Assembly: GCF_963921235.1 (NCBI RefSeq)
Contig: NC_086106.1
Coordinates: 23,436,001-23,500,000, forward strand
From: Mobula hypostoma
Lineage: Eukaryota
DNA length: 64,000 nucleotides
Direction: 5' to 3'
The notes below the pieces were generated by a model. That model saw only the letters and a list, made by a program, of their open reading frames with translations, did no database searches and had not been told where the DNA came from. Position 1 is the stretch's first letter. Each line of letters begins with the position of its first letter. Shown piece after piece: positions 53,842 to 64,000 of this stretch. A program made the position numbers and the translations under genes.

Positions 53842-54383
53842 CCTAAACGCACCTCAAAATCCAGAATGGACTTCCTCAAGACGTAAGGACCTCCTCAAGG
53901 CGTAAGCTGAAGATTTTGCCATGGTTCTCACAGTCCCCCGACCTAAACATCATCGAGAATTTGTGGATAGACCTCAAAAGAGCATGCATACAAGCAGACC
54001 AAAGAATCTCACAGAACTGGAAGCTTTTGGCAAGGAAGAAGGGGGTAAAATTCCCCAAACAAGTATTGAAAGACTCTTATCTGGCGACTGAAAGCGTTTA
54101 GGGGCTGTGATACTTGCCAATTTTTTTTTTTATTTTTTTTTATAACTATGTACTGACCTTATAGGGTGTCCAAACGTTTGTTTCAGGCCCTTTTCCTTTT
54201 TTTTTGGTTATTTAGAAACTGTAGAAAATGGAAATAAAAGAAAAAAAATCGTGCTTAATATATTAAAGAAATATGTCATCTTTAGCTTTATACCTTTTGG
54301 AAATCAGGTCATCTTTTACACGCTTTGCTCATCACAGTAACAGAAATTTTGACCAGGGGTGTCCAAACATACGCTTGCCACTG
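53842..54383 (+). mobile_element. Tc1/mariner DNA transposon, 3' remnant
   Basis: Transposase C-terminal motif W.SQSPDLNIIENLWIDLKR. The right terminal repeat reads GGGGTGTCCAAAC..GCCACTG followed by TA at 54383, with an internal GGGTGTCCAAAC repeat at ~54164. Confidence 0.85.
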
Positions 54384-55939
54384 TATATGTAGCGTGCCCT
54401 TTTCTAGGCTGATCCATAAAAAAGAGAAACAAATCAACTGCAGCAAAGCACTTTTGTAGATGAAACCATTTACTTTAGTAGCCTGTCTCTGATAAAATTA
54501 TTTTGTCATATCCAGCAAGATTATTTGATTTTTCTTGCTTTTCTCAATTGTAGAGATACAGCGCAGAGTCGGGCCGAAACATCCCTTGAGTTATGCCGCC
54601 CCTGCAACCACGGCAAAACTGATAATGTCTAGCTAATGACGGATCAATTTACATTTTCTAATTAACCTACCCCGTACATCTTTGGATTGTTATGGAAACC
54701 TGCATATGCGGGGAAACCCCACCTATTCCAAGATGAAGACGTAAGGACTCCCTTTACAACACAGTACTACAACTTAACTAAGAATTCAGAAATGATCCGA
54801 ACTATAGTAGAGCCGTAAGAATCACGAGCCTCAGTGGTGCTTATGTCGATAGACTGGTAGAACAAAAGTGCTAGAGAAGGAACAGAAGCTTTATTTTAAG
54901 AAGAGAATAAGGAAACAGACGGGGTAACGAATCAGTTTAGTGTCATATCAAGAGGAAACGTTCGAACAGAGAACGGCTATAGTGAGAAATTAATACGTGA
55001 AAAGACTGTCGGAGTAGCAGACACGAAGGGAAAAAGAGAGAGATCACGGTGAGGATGGGAGGTGATAATACAGCAAGAACACGCACAAGAACAAATGGTA
55101 CAGAAGGCGAGAGAGAGAGAGAGAGGGCGAGGAGAAAGAGACGACCGAAAATAAAATATGAAAAAATACGTTCAATTACAGATCAAGGAAACAGAAAGAG
55201 ACAATAGTAACTAAGGAGATATTGATAGCCGGAGGAAGGCAGAGACATGGAGCTAGAAAGATAACGAGAATGATCGAAAAAGCCAGGGAGTAGAGGTAAC
55301 CAGTCAGATATACAGAGATACTGACAAAGATAGAAACAGAGAGGAAGAGCAAGAGTGTGAGCGAGATGGAGATAACGTTAATCAGTAAGAGGTATAAAGT
55401 TACAGCGACATTAATTTCAGTGCTTCTTACAGCTAAGTTGGTTGCGCTGCCCTGTGAGATTTTAATAAAATGGGCAATATATGTACCAGATGTTTCATGC
55501 CCTCCTGGTTTCTGGAAGAATCTGCTGTATTTTTTCTGCGAGCTGTAAGAAGCCTATCCACCGCAATAGGTTGGGTCAGTCACGTTCCGGCTAAATTAAT
55601 GGTTGACAGATAATCATTGAACTTCACATTGTCAAAAGGTAATGCCACATTCATTTGAACATGCTGGGATATGTCCGAAATATCTGCTACAAAATGTCCA
55701 ACATTGTCCAGAATGTCTGGATAGTTCTTACTCTGAAACGTAGAAATATCCACGGCGTAAATGTAAATATGTTCTGGGGCCCTGTATCATACTGCGCCGT
55801 ACATCTGCACGACATCACACCCAACATATTCTGTGCGGTAGGAGCTAACGCTTCCCTAGGAGTTGCTAATGTCAAACAGCACTAACACATCAAAGAGTTA
55901 GCTAATTTAGGAATGGCACAATGTGAGCATACTACGAAA

Positions 55940-55944
<5 letters not shown>

Positions 55945-55986
<42 letters not shown>
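55945..55986 (+). repeat. (CA)n microsatellite
   Basis: Pure CA/AC run. Confidence 0.95.
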
Positions 55987-55989
<3 letters not shown>

Positions 55990-57551
55990 TGCGCGTGCTA
56001 ATATAGAGACAGGTGCCGAAGCGTAAAGAATGGAGGAACAATTGAAAGTGCGAAAGAATAGATACAGAGACAGGGAAAATTATATACTATAATACGAGGC
56101 AATAATCTATCGTACAGAACTGCTCTTCCTCATTGACGCGGTCAATTTATTTTAGCAGTGTTTGTACATTCGTAAGGACCCGAGGTGAGCTCTCTCTAAC
56201 ATATGTCTCAGGAAACGACCTCCATCTAAGATTTGCCCTTGTAGTTATCGGTGTCTTTCTGAAAGTCGGCAAGAAGTTCTTTTTTAGAATGCCCACCGTA
56301 CGCCTCTTTGGCCTGTTGATCAACTGTGCCATGGGAAAAAAGTCATTTCGAGAACTGTAGTCTATGTCGTCAGAAGGCTGTCTCAGTCCGGGAACCGAAC
56401 AACAGAGATAAGGAAACTTAGTCCCGTATTCAGCAGTATCTCATTTACTTGAGGGGGTTGATATCATGATTAAGCCAACGTTTATATTATCAGATTCGAC
56501 GTCCATATATCTGTGTATGAACTCACGTCAGTCATAAGCCAGTTCGCCGACAATCAACATTTTTGTTTTCACTTTCGCATTCTGTGCCTGTTTCTGACCA
56601 GTTTAACGTTACCACATGACGTTTGGCACCAGCGCTATATTTCGTCGACTTTCTCTTGCTTTCCACAGATAATTCCCTCTTTTTTTATACAGCTTCATAC
56701 TGTTTGTTTTACGAATACGGAGCTGATGTGTTCGGTTTGCTTATTGTCTATATCGATGTAGCCGTGTCATGGAATGTCAAAGTTATCTGTGCCTCTCATC
56801 CATAGATGCATTCTACCCAACGAATTGTTTTTCGTAGTTCGGCTGCTTATTACTTTCCAGTTTTCCTGCACTTACCGCAAAGTGTGTTGCAGCGCTTTAC
56901 CGTCTTCCTGTCCGGCTATCGATCATTCTCCCTTTATCTCTCTCACACACAAACAGTCTTACTCTCTCACCCTCCCCTCTCTCTCTCTTNNNNNNNNNNN
57001 NNNNNNNNNNNNNNNNNNNNNNNNNNNNNNNNNNNNNNNNNNNNNNNNNNNNNNNNNNNNNNNNNNNNNNNNNNNNNNNNNNNNNNNNNNNNNNNNNNNN
57101 NNNNNNNNNNNNNNNNNNNNNNNNNNNNNNNNNNNNNNNNNNNNNNNNNNNNNNNNNNNNNNNNNNNNNNNNNNNNNNNNNNNNNNNNNNNNNNNNNNNN
57201 NNNNNNNNNNNNNNNNNNNNNNTCGTTTATTCTCCCTCATTTTTTCTCTGCAAAATCTGTTCTCTGTATGTACCGGGTTCGCCAGTCTTTTCGTGCCCTC
57301 CGGTCAATGGCGGGTTTTTCGTGACATTAAAAAAAAAGCAGTGACGCTCTTTCGTTGAGGTGTGTGGACCTCGAGGCATCTGGGGCAATAGGCGGAGCAT
57401 CTATCTGGAGGCCTCGTTACCACTGGTGGTTTTCATTTCCTGCTCATTATTTTAAATGCGCATCTACTTAAACTGTAGAATAGGATGTTCCTGACCTCTG
57501 GCTACAACTTGTTTAGGAGATAAACAATTAACCCATCCTTTATATAAAACG

Positions 57552-57996
57552 ATGTGGAGGTTCGTCATCTGCATTGTGTGTGGCGCCTCGTTAACTGGTG
57601 TGTGCGTAGCAGAAAACTCATAAGCCTTCTCGAAACTCAATTCCGAAAAAAAAATAATAACATTTCATTTGTTTGCATTAATTTTTAGGTACGAGCCATG
57701 GAAACTCTGTCACTCAAACAATGTCACCAGCAGTGAAGACCGAAGATGAGGCTGTGACTTTAAGTTGCACCTATGATACTGCACAGGGTATCTATCTTTT
57801 ATATTGGTACCGACAAAGGCCGGACCAACGTCTCGAATATATACTGCACCAAGTATCTGGTGCATCTGAATATAAAGCTGATTTTGCCAAAAGTCGTTTT
57901 ACACTCTATCTGGAAAAGGGAAAAAAAAATATTTAGTGTCACCATCGCAAAGCTGCAAATAACCGACTCTGCAGTTTATTATTGCGCCCTGCGCCG
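57552..57996 (+). pseudogene. TRAV/DV: TCR alpha/delta V segment D1, frameshifted in an A run (leader 57552-57597, intron 57598-57688, V exon 57689-57996)
   Basis: Leader MWRFVICIVCGASLT. The V exon reads GTSHGNSVTQTMSPAVKTEDEAVTLSCTYDTAQGIYLLYWYRQRPDQRLEYIL. It has A9 at 57921-57929 (A8 in D2), which shifts LQITDSAVYYCALRR out of frame. This could be a homopolymer sequencing error. Confidence 0.8.
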
Positions 57997-58035
57997 CACA
58001 GCGAGATATTCTAGTTAAATCATCGTACACAAATT
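57997..58035 (+). promoter_or_regulatory. 23-RSS of V-D1
   Basis: CACAGCG, 23-nt spacer, ACACAAATT. Confidence 0.9.
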
Positions 58036-58374
58036 CCGTTACTGTAGATTCCATGCTTTCAGCGCTGCAGCTGGATATGTCTCTACACTGCTTTTCTGAT
58101 TGTGGTTTCCCGCCACCAAGACTAGCTGCTGAAGTTTCCCTCGCCTTCGTCTGTGAAGATTCAGTTATGCTGCAACTGCACCGCTCTTTCCAATGTCGCA
58201 GTTAGATGTATAGCCTCTGCTATCTCATTTATTTTGTGAAATATACTTTAACATGGCAAGACAAATATGAGCAATGACATTCAAAGCAGAATCAGTTATC
58301 AGTGTGTGGGTAGCTGTGCTTGCGTTTCGTATTTGTGTGTGTATGTCTGCAGCAAGAGAGAGAGAGAGAAAGAG

Positions 58375-58424
<50 letters not shown>

Positions 58425-58696
58425 AGAGAGAGAGAGAGACTGAGAATATGCGTATACATAGTTCGGAGTGTAAAGAATAGGTTTTGTTGGATCTTTTCCG
58501 AGTAGAGCATCCATTGATATTTTGGTACAGAGATAATTGTCAGTCTGGCTCTGTTGACCTCTTTTCACTCTCTTCTCTCTTTTCTCTCTGGCCGTTGATC
58601 TCTCTCTCTATCCCTCTCTCTCTCTGTTGTTCTCTCTATCTGTGTTGTTCCATCCCACTGTTGTTCTCTCACTCTCTCTCTGTTTGTCTATATGTG

Positions 58697-58737
<41 letters not shown>

Positions 58738-60287
58738 GCTCTCTCTCTCTCTTCATTCTCATTTCTGTCGTTTTCTTCTCCCCCGCAATAAATTAGTCTC
58801 TATCTCACTCCAGCAGCCTCAGTATTTTCAGCCGCCAATCTCATGTAACGGTCGTCCTAACATGACTTGCTCTCACTCGGTTTCTCTCAGTACTGAGTTC
58901 CTGCCATATTCTCCTTGGCGTAGTATTGTGGAGCCTGGAGATCCCCATCTGGATGCTATCTCGCCTCTATCCTGGTGGCTGCGCGTCAAATGGTTCTAGT
59001 TATCGGTGTTTTTCTGAAAGTCGGCAAGAAGTTCTTTTTTAGAATTCCCACCGTACGCCTCTTTGGCCTGTTGATCAACTGTGCCATGGGAAAAAAGTAA
59101 TTTCGAGAACTATAGTCTATGTCGTCAGAAGGCTGTCTCAGTCCGGGAACCGAACAACAGAGATAAGGAAACTTAGTCCCGTATTCAGCAGTATCTCATT
59201 TACTTGAGGGGGTTGCTATCATGATTAAGCCAACGTTTATATTATCAGATTCGACGTCCATATATCTGTGTATGAACTCACGTCAGTCATAAGCCAGTTC
59301 GCCGACAATCAACATTTTTTTTTTCACTTTCGCATTCTGTGCCTGTTTCTGACCAGTTTAACGTTACCACATGACGTTTGGCACCAGCGCTATATTTCGT
59401 CGTCTTTCTCTTGCTTTCCACAGATAATTCCCTCTTTTTTATATACAGCTTCATACTGTTTGTTTTACGAATACGGAGCTGATGTGTTCGGTTTGCTTAT
59501 TGTCTATATCGATGTAGCTGTGTCATGGAATGTCAAAGTTATCTGTGCCTCTCATCCATAGATGCATTCTACCCAGCGAATTGTTTTTCGAAGTTCGGCT
59601 GCTTATTATTTTCCAGTTTTCCTGCACTTACCGCAAAGTGCGTTGCAGCGCTTTACCGTCTTCCTGTCCGGCTATCTATCATTCTCCCTTTATCTCTCTC
59701 ACACACAAACAGTCTTACTCTCTCACCCTCCCCTCTCTCTCTCTTNNNNNNNNNNNNNNNNNNNNNNNNNNNNNNNNNNNNNNNNNNNNNNNNNNNNNNN
59801 NNNNNNNNNNNNNNNNNNNNNNNNNNNNNNNNNNNNNNNNNNNNNNNNNNNNNNNNNNNNNNNNNNNNNNNNNNNNNNNNNNNNNNNNNNNNNNNNNNNN
59901 NNNNNNNNNNNNNNNNNNNNNNNNNNNNNNNNNNNNNNNNNNNNNNNNNNNNNNNNNNTCGTTTATTCTCCCTCATTTTTTCTCTGCAAAATCTGTTCTC
60001 TGTATGTACCGGGTTCGCCAGTCTTTTCGTGCCCTCCGGTCAATGGTGGGTTTTTCGTGGCATTAAAAAAAAAGCAGTGACGCTCTTTCGTTGAGGTGTG
60101 TGGACCTCGAGGCATCTGGGGCAATAGGCGGAGCATCTATCTGGAGGCCTCGTTACCACTGGTGGTTTTCATTTCCTGCTCATTATTTTAAATGCGCATC
60201 TACTTAAACTGTAGAATAGGATGTTCCTGACCTCTGGCTACAACTTGTTTAGGAGATAAACAATTAACCCATCCTTTATATAAAACG

Positions 60288-60732
60288 ATGTGGAGGTTCG
60301 TCATCTGCATTGTGTGTGGCGCCTCGTTAACTGGTGTGTGCGTAGCAGAAAACTCATAAGCCTTCTCGAAACTCAATTCCGAAAAAAAAAATAATAACAT
60401 TTCATTTGTTTGCATTAATTTTTAGGTACGAGCCATGGAAACTCTGTCACTCAAACAATGTCACCAGCAGTGAAGACCGAAGATGAGGCTGTGACTTTAA
60501 GTTGCACCTATGATACTGCACAGGGTATCTATCTTTTATATTGGTACCGACAAAGGCCGGACCAAAGTCTCGAATATATACTGCACCAAGTATCTGGTGC
60601 ATCTGAATATAAAGCTGATTTTGCCAAAAGTCGTTTTACACTCTATCTGGAAAAGGGAAAAAAAATATTTAGTGTCACCATCGCAAAGCTGCAAATAACC
60701 GACTCTGCAGTTTATTATTGCGCCCTGCGCCG
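60288..60732 (+). CDS. TRAV/DV: TCR alpha/delta V segment D2, apparently functional (leader 60288-60333, intron 60334-60425, V exon 60426-60732)
   Basis: Same leader as D1. The open exon reads ..VTLSCTYDTAQGIYLLYWYRQRPDQSLEYILHQVSGASEYKADFAKSRFTLYLEKGKKIFSVTIAKLQITDSAVYYCALRR, with both cysteines, the Trp and the DSAVYYC motif. Confidence 0.93.
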
Positions 60733-60771
60733 CACAGTGAGATATTCTAGTTAAATCATCGTACACAAATT
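60733..60771 (+). promoter_or_regulatory. 23-RSS of V-D2 (consensus heptamer)
   Basis: CACAGTG, 23-nt spacer, ACACAAATT. Confidence 0.94.
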
Positions 60772-61090
60772 CCTTTACTGTAGATTCCATGCTTTCAGCG
60801 CTGCAGCTGGATATGTCTCTACACTGCTTTTCTGATTGTGGTTTCCCGCCACCAAGACTAGCTGCTGAAGTTTTCCTCGCCTTCGTCTATGAAGATTCAG
60901 TTATGCTGCAACTGCACCGCTCTTTCCAATGTCGCAGTTAGATGTATAGCCTCTGCTATCTCATTTATTTTGTGAAATATACTTTAACATGGCAAGACAA
61001 ATATGAGCAATGACATTCAAAGCAGAATCAGTTATCAGTGTGTGCGTAGCTGTGCTTGCGTTTCGTATTTGTGTGTGTATGTCTGCAGCA

Positions 61091-61126
<36 letters not shown>

Positions 61127-61419
61127 ACAGAGAGAGAAGGAGAGAGAGAGAGAGACTGAGAATATGCGTATACATAATTCGGAGTGTAAGGAATAGGTTT
61201 TGTTGGATCTTTTCCGAGTAGAGCATCCATTGATATTTTGGTACAGAGATAATTGTCAGTCTGGCTCTGTTGACCTGTCTTCACTCTCTTCTCTCTTTTC
61301 TCTCTGGCCGTTGATCTCTCTCTCTATCCCTCTCTCTCTCTGTTGTTCTCTCTATCTGTGTTGTTCCATCCCACTGTTGTTCTCTCACTCTCTCTCTGTT
61401 TGTCTATATGTGTCTCTCT

Positions 61420-61461
<42 letters not shown>

Positions 61462-62039
61462 GCTCTCTCTCTCTCTTCATTCTCATTTCTGTCGTTTTCT
61501 TCTCCCCCGCAATAAATTAGTCTCTATCTCACTCCAGCAGCCTCAGTATTTTCAGCCGCCAATCTCATGTAACGGTCGTCCTAACATGACTTGCTCTCTC
61601 TCGGTTTCTCTCCGTACTGAGTTCCTGCCATATTCTCATTGGCGTAGTATTGTGGAGCCTGGAGATCCCCATCTGGATGCTATCTCGCCTCTATCCTGGT
61701 GGCTGCGCGTCAAATGGTTCTGGAGCAGGGTGAGTGGTTACCTTCATGTATTGTCACTGGCCGTTTTCGGGCCTCTTTCTGTACCTATGACTTTGATGGC
61801 GTGTAGGCTACTGCTGGTTATGTTTTCGAAAGTTTTGACTAACCGATGTAAAGTATTTATGTCCGCTGCGGTGTTGTCTGTGGGCCAGGCATTGTTGTGG
61901 CGGCCATGATATTCTCTACTGCGGATCTGTAGATATATGTATATATAGGTATACATAATCTAACTCTCTGCTGTCCCTCAGAGAAAAAAAAACGGCGGTA
62001 TTATTCTTCACATTTGTTCAGGATATGTTCCTAGACCAT

Positions 62040-62620
62040 GAAACTTTGCGACGGATATGCAGCCCGAAAACTTAATCCTCTCGCACTTTCCAATGCAGTC
62101 ACGCCCATGAACACCACGGTGTAAGTAATCTGTTTTGTCCTAAATTCAGTCGCCATCTCCTTCGTTTTGGTAACATTTATGACTGCATTAATTCCCGAGC
62201 ACCCAGATGCATGCTTGGGTTTGGTGATAAGTCCCACCATTGCAGCTTCTTCGACAAACTTGACAATATGACTGCTCAGGACATTGGCTGTGTTTTGGTT
62301 GGTGAACCGAATGTACAACAGTTGAGTCAGCACACAATTCTGGGTGGTACCTGTGTTGAACATGCTGGATAGGGTGGAGCACATATGCATCCTGTCTCTC
62401 TCTATTTGTTGATTAGGAAGTCCATCACAGTTTCATACATTTTTGCAGTAGTATATTACAACGAGGAGCAGGAATCTTCTCAGGAAGGTTTATGGAACAA
62501 TGCATTTGAATACCGAACTGAAATCTAGAAGCAGCATTCCGACTCAGATCACTCTCTTGTCAAGGTGTGTTGTGCCCAGGTGATGTTGAGTACAATGGCA
62601 TATGTCATAGAGCCCTGGAG
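62040..62620 (-). mobile_element. Rex1/Babar-like LINE RT remnant
   Basis: STLSSMFNTGTTQNCVLTQLLY..SHIVKFVEEAAMVGLI..INVTKTKEMATEFR is a decayed version of the NTGAPQGCVLSP..KFADD..VGLI..NVSKTKE pattern. Confidence 0.65.
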
Positions 62621-62775
62621 TTATCAACCGTATAGAGCCACAGAGTAATAAACTACCTCGGCGGTTTGACCTATACTCGGACCATAGCACTCCAGGCCCC
62701 AGGGTGCATCTAGCTATCCACAATTGGTTTAGCTTTGAAAACGTCAGGACGCTGGGTCTATTTCAGATCCAATAC

Positions 62776-64000
62776 TGTTCATACAACGAACTTATTTGAC
62801 CAAAATTCCCGATGTGCAAAAAAAAATGGCGTCAAAGTCCAGACAGAGATCAAAACGTCCACAGAAATCAAAATAAATAATTAAAGAAAGAAAGAAAGAA
62901 ACACAATCGTGAAACAAACAGAGTCGTTATTCAGACGGATAGAGTACAAAGACTAATGCTGGAAAGGCTCAGCAAAATTCACTGGTACAATCTGGCAATA
63001 TGCAACTGATAACTCAGGACTAAAATGCATTGAGCAAGAAACAGATAGGCAGATGATAGTTGGATCACAATGAGACAAAGTGGCAGGTAAACAGATAATA
63101 ATGAGAAACAGGTGAGAGGCGGAGTAATCAGTAATATAGCGGCCGGAGTAGAGTAGGAGCAAGGACAGGAGCAGATGGGGCATGAAAACAAAAGAGCACA
63201 TGTCAATACAAAACCACAGACTTACGGATCGAGGGAAAACACATAAAAATACAAAATTAAACTAGTGATAATGACAACACACCTATCTACGGACGCCTTC
63301 TGACGCAACGGCGGGTATAACTGGGCACTGGCGATGAGAGTTCCTAATGAGAGTGGGATTCAGGACCCAGCACCTTTCCTCAGGACCGTAACCCTCCCAG
63401 TCCACAAGCAACTGGAGGCCACGGCAGCGGCAACGAACGTCTAGCAGTTGACGTACAGTGAAAGCTTCTGACCCACCGATGAGCCCTGGAGGAGTGGTGG
63501 TTTTGCGGACACGTCACAGGGCGTGCCTCATGAAAGGATTGATCAGGACACATGGAAGTTAGAATGAATGTGGCGGAGAGTGGAGGGGAGCTTGAAATGG
63601 ACGGCAGCCGTGCTGATGGCTTCAGACATGTAAAATGAGCCAATGAAGCGGAGGGCCAGCTTGCGGAAATCCACTTTGTCGACCGGTCTCGGGATAAATG
63701 CCACACACTCTGCTGCTGGCAGGAACAAGGGGCCTTGGAGCGATGAGGGTCAGCTTACCGCTTGATCCTACCAGAGGCACAGAGAAGGGTAGAGCGTGTC
63801 CGCCTTCACGTCCGCTGAAAACGGTAATGAATGCTTCGGTAGATGGAATACCATCCTCCTCCAAGGCAGGAATCAGTGGAGGTTGGTACCCAAGGCGGTA
63901 TTCAAAGGGGGACAGACCGGTGGATGTGGACGGAGGAGAGTTTATGGTGTATCGGCTCAAGGTAGCTGCTGACTCTACGCAGAGGGGTCCTGGAAGACCA
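62776..64000 (-). mobile_element. Chromodomain Ty3/Gypsy element, 3' part (integrase C-terminus, chromodomain, 3' LTR); runs off the window
   Basis: On the minus strand: STGLSPFEY.LGYQPPL (integrase) and [16 protein letters not shown] (chromodomain, ~63370-63420), then a TGTCATT LTR start at 63276. The LTR end near 62776 is approximate. Confidence 0.8.

Larger units (their letters stand above)
40937..53843 (+). mobile_element. Gmr1-type Ty3/Gypsy element (outer), interrupted by CR1s and a second LTR element
   Basis: 5' LTR 40937-~41905, PBS TGGGGGCACGTACGGGAT (41911-41928, tRNA-Pro-like) and a gag relic at 42034-42719. The integrase core is split (TAKTVTKALIK..LPTELQSDH at ~45290-45380; FMSGLL..QGALEGFHSTLK after 50990). 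RT (IDYRKVN, AYPIPRVDD, PFGMKNAPGTFQ) and RNase H follow at 51900-53150. The 3' LTR starts at 53353 and is truncated at 53843. Confidence 0.88.
56243..61721 (+). repeat. Near-identical ~2.75-kb tandem duplication (56243-58997 and 58998-61721)
   Basis: AGTTATCGGTG starts both units, and both end in CAAATGGTTCT. Each has an N run (56990-57222, 59746-59958) at the same position. Differences are few outside microsatellite lengths. Confidence 0.95.

Noticed and set aside
55600-55860. Minus-strand V*YRAPE..AVDI stretch, readable as a kinase motif or a V relic
   Set aside because: A few residues only, with stops and no other kinase or V hallmarks in register.
56774-61909. Long ORFs of 170-194 aa in the ORF track (e.g. 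56774-57358, 58484-58999, 59525-60094, 61343-61909)
   Set aside because: They are open only because they run through N gaps or (CT)n/(GA)n tracts (SLSL/ERER translations).

Overview
Eukaryotic, AT-rich, repeat-dense genomic DNA from a vertebrate T-cell receptor alpha/delta (TRA/TRD) variable-gene cluster. The host is probably a cartilaginous fish such as a ray; this is an inference from the V and repeat style, not a database result. I can support eight germline V segments, each with a leader exon, intron, V exon and 23-bp-spacer RSS, in four families that each occur twice. Family A is on the + strand and both copies are intact (1865-2706, 18110-18955). Families B and C are on the - strand and all four copies are pseudogenes. 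Family D is on the + strand, with one frameshifted copy (57552-57996) and one intact copy (60288-60732). A, B and C lie in an old tandem duplication (1-16110 vs 16111-29733). D lies in a near-identical 2.75-kb duplication (56243-61721) that may be an assembly or haplotype artefact. Between them is about 26 kb with no intact V, filled with decayed mobile elements: a gag-less chromodomain Ty3/Gypsy element, two nested Gmr1-type LTR elements (integrase before RT), CR1 LINEs, a Tc1 remnant and LTR relics. There are no D, J or C segments, RNA genes or CRISPR arrays, and most short ORFs in the track are noise. I found no new biological system. The most interesting signals are a 484-bp ~99%-identical tract inside an otherwise diverged duplication, CDR1-focused replacement changes between the two intact family A genes, and the fact that every inverted V is a pseudogene.
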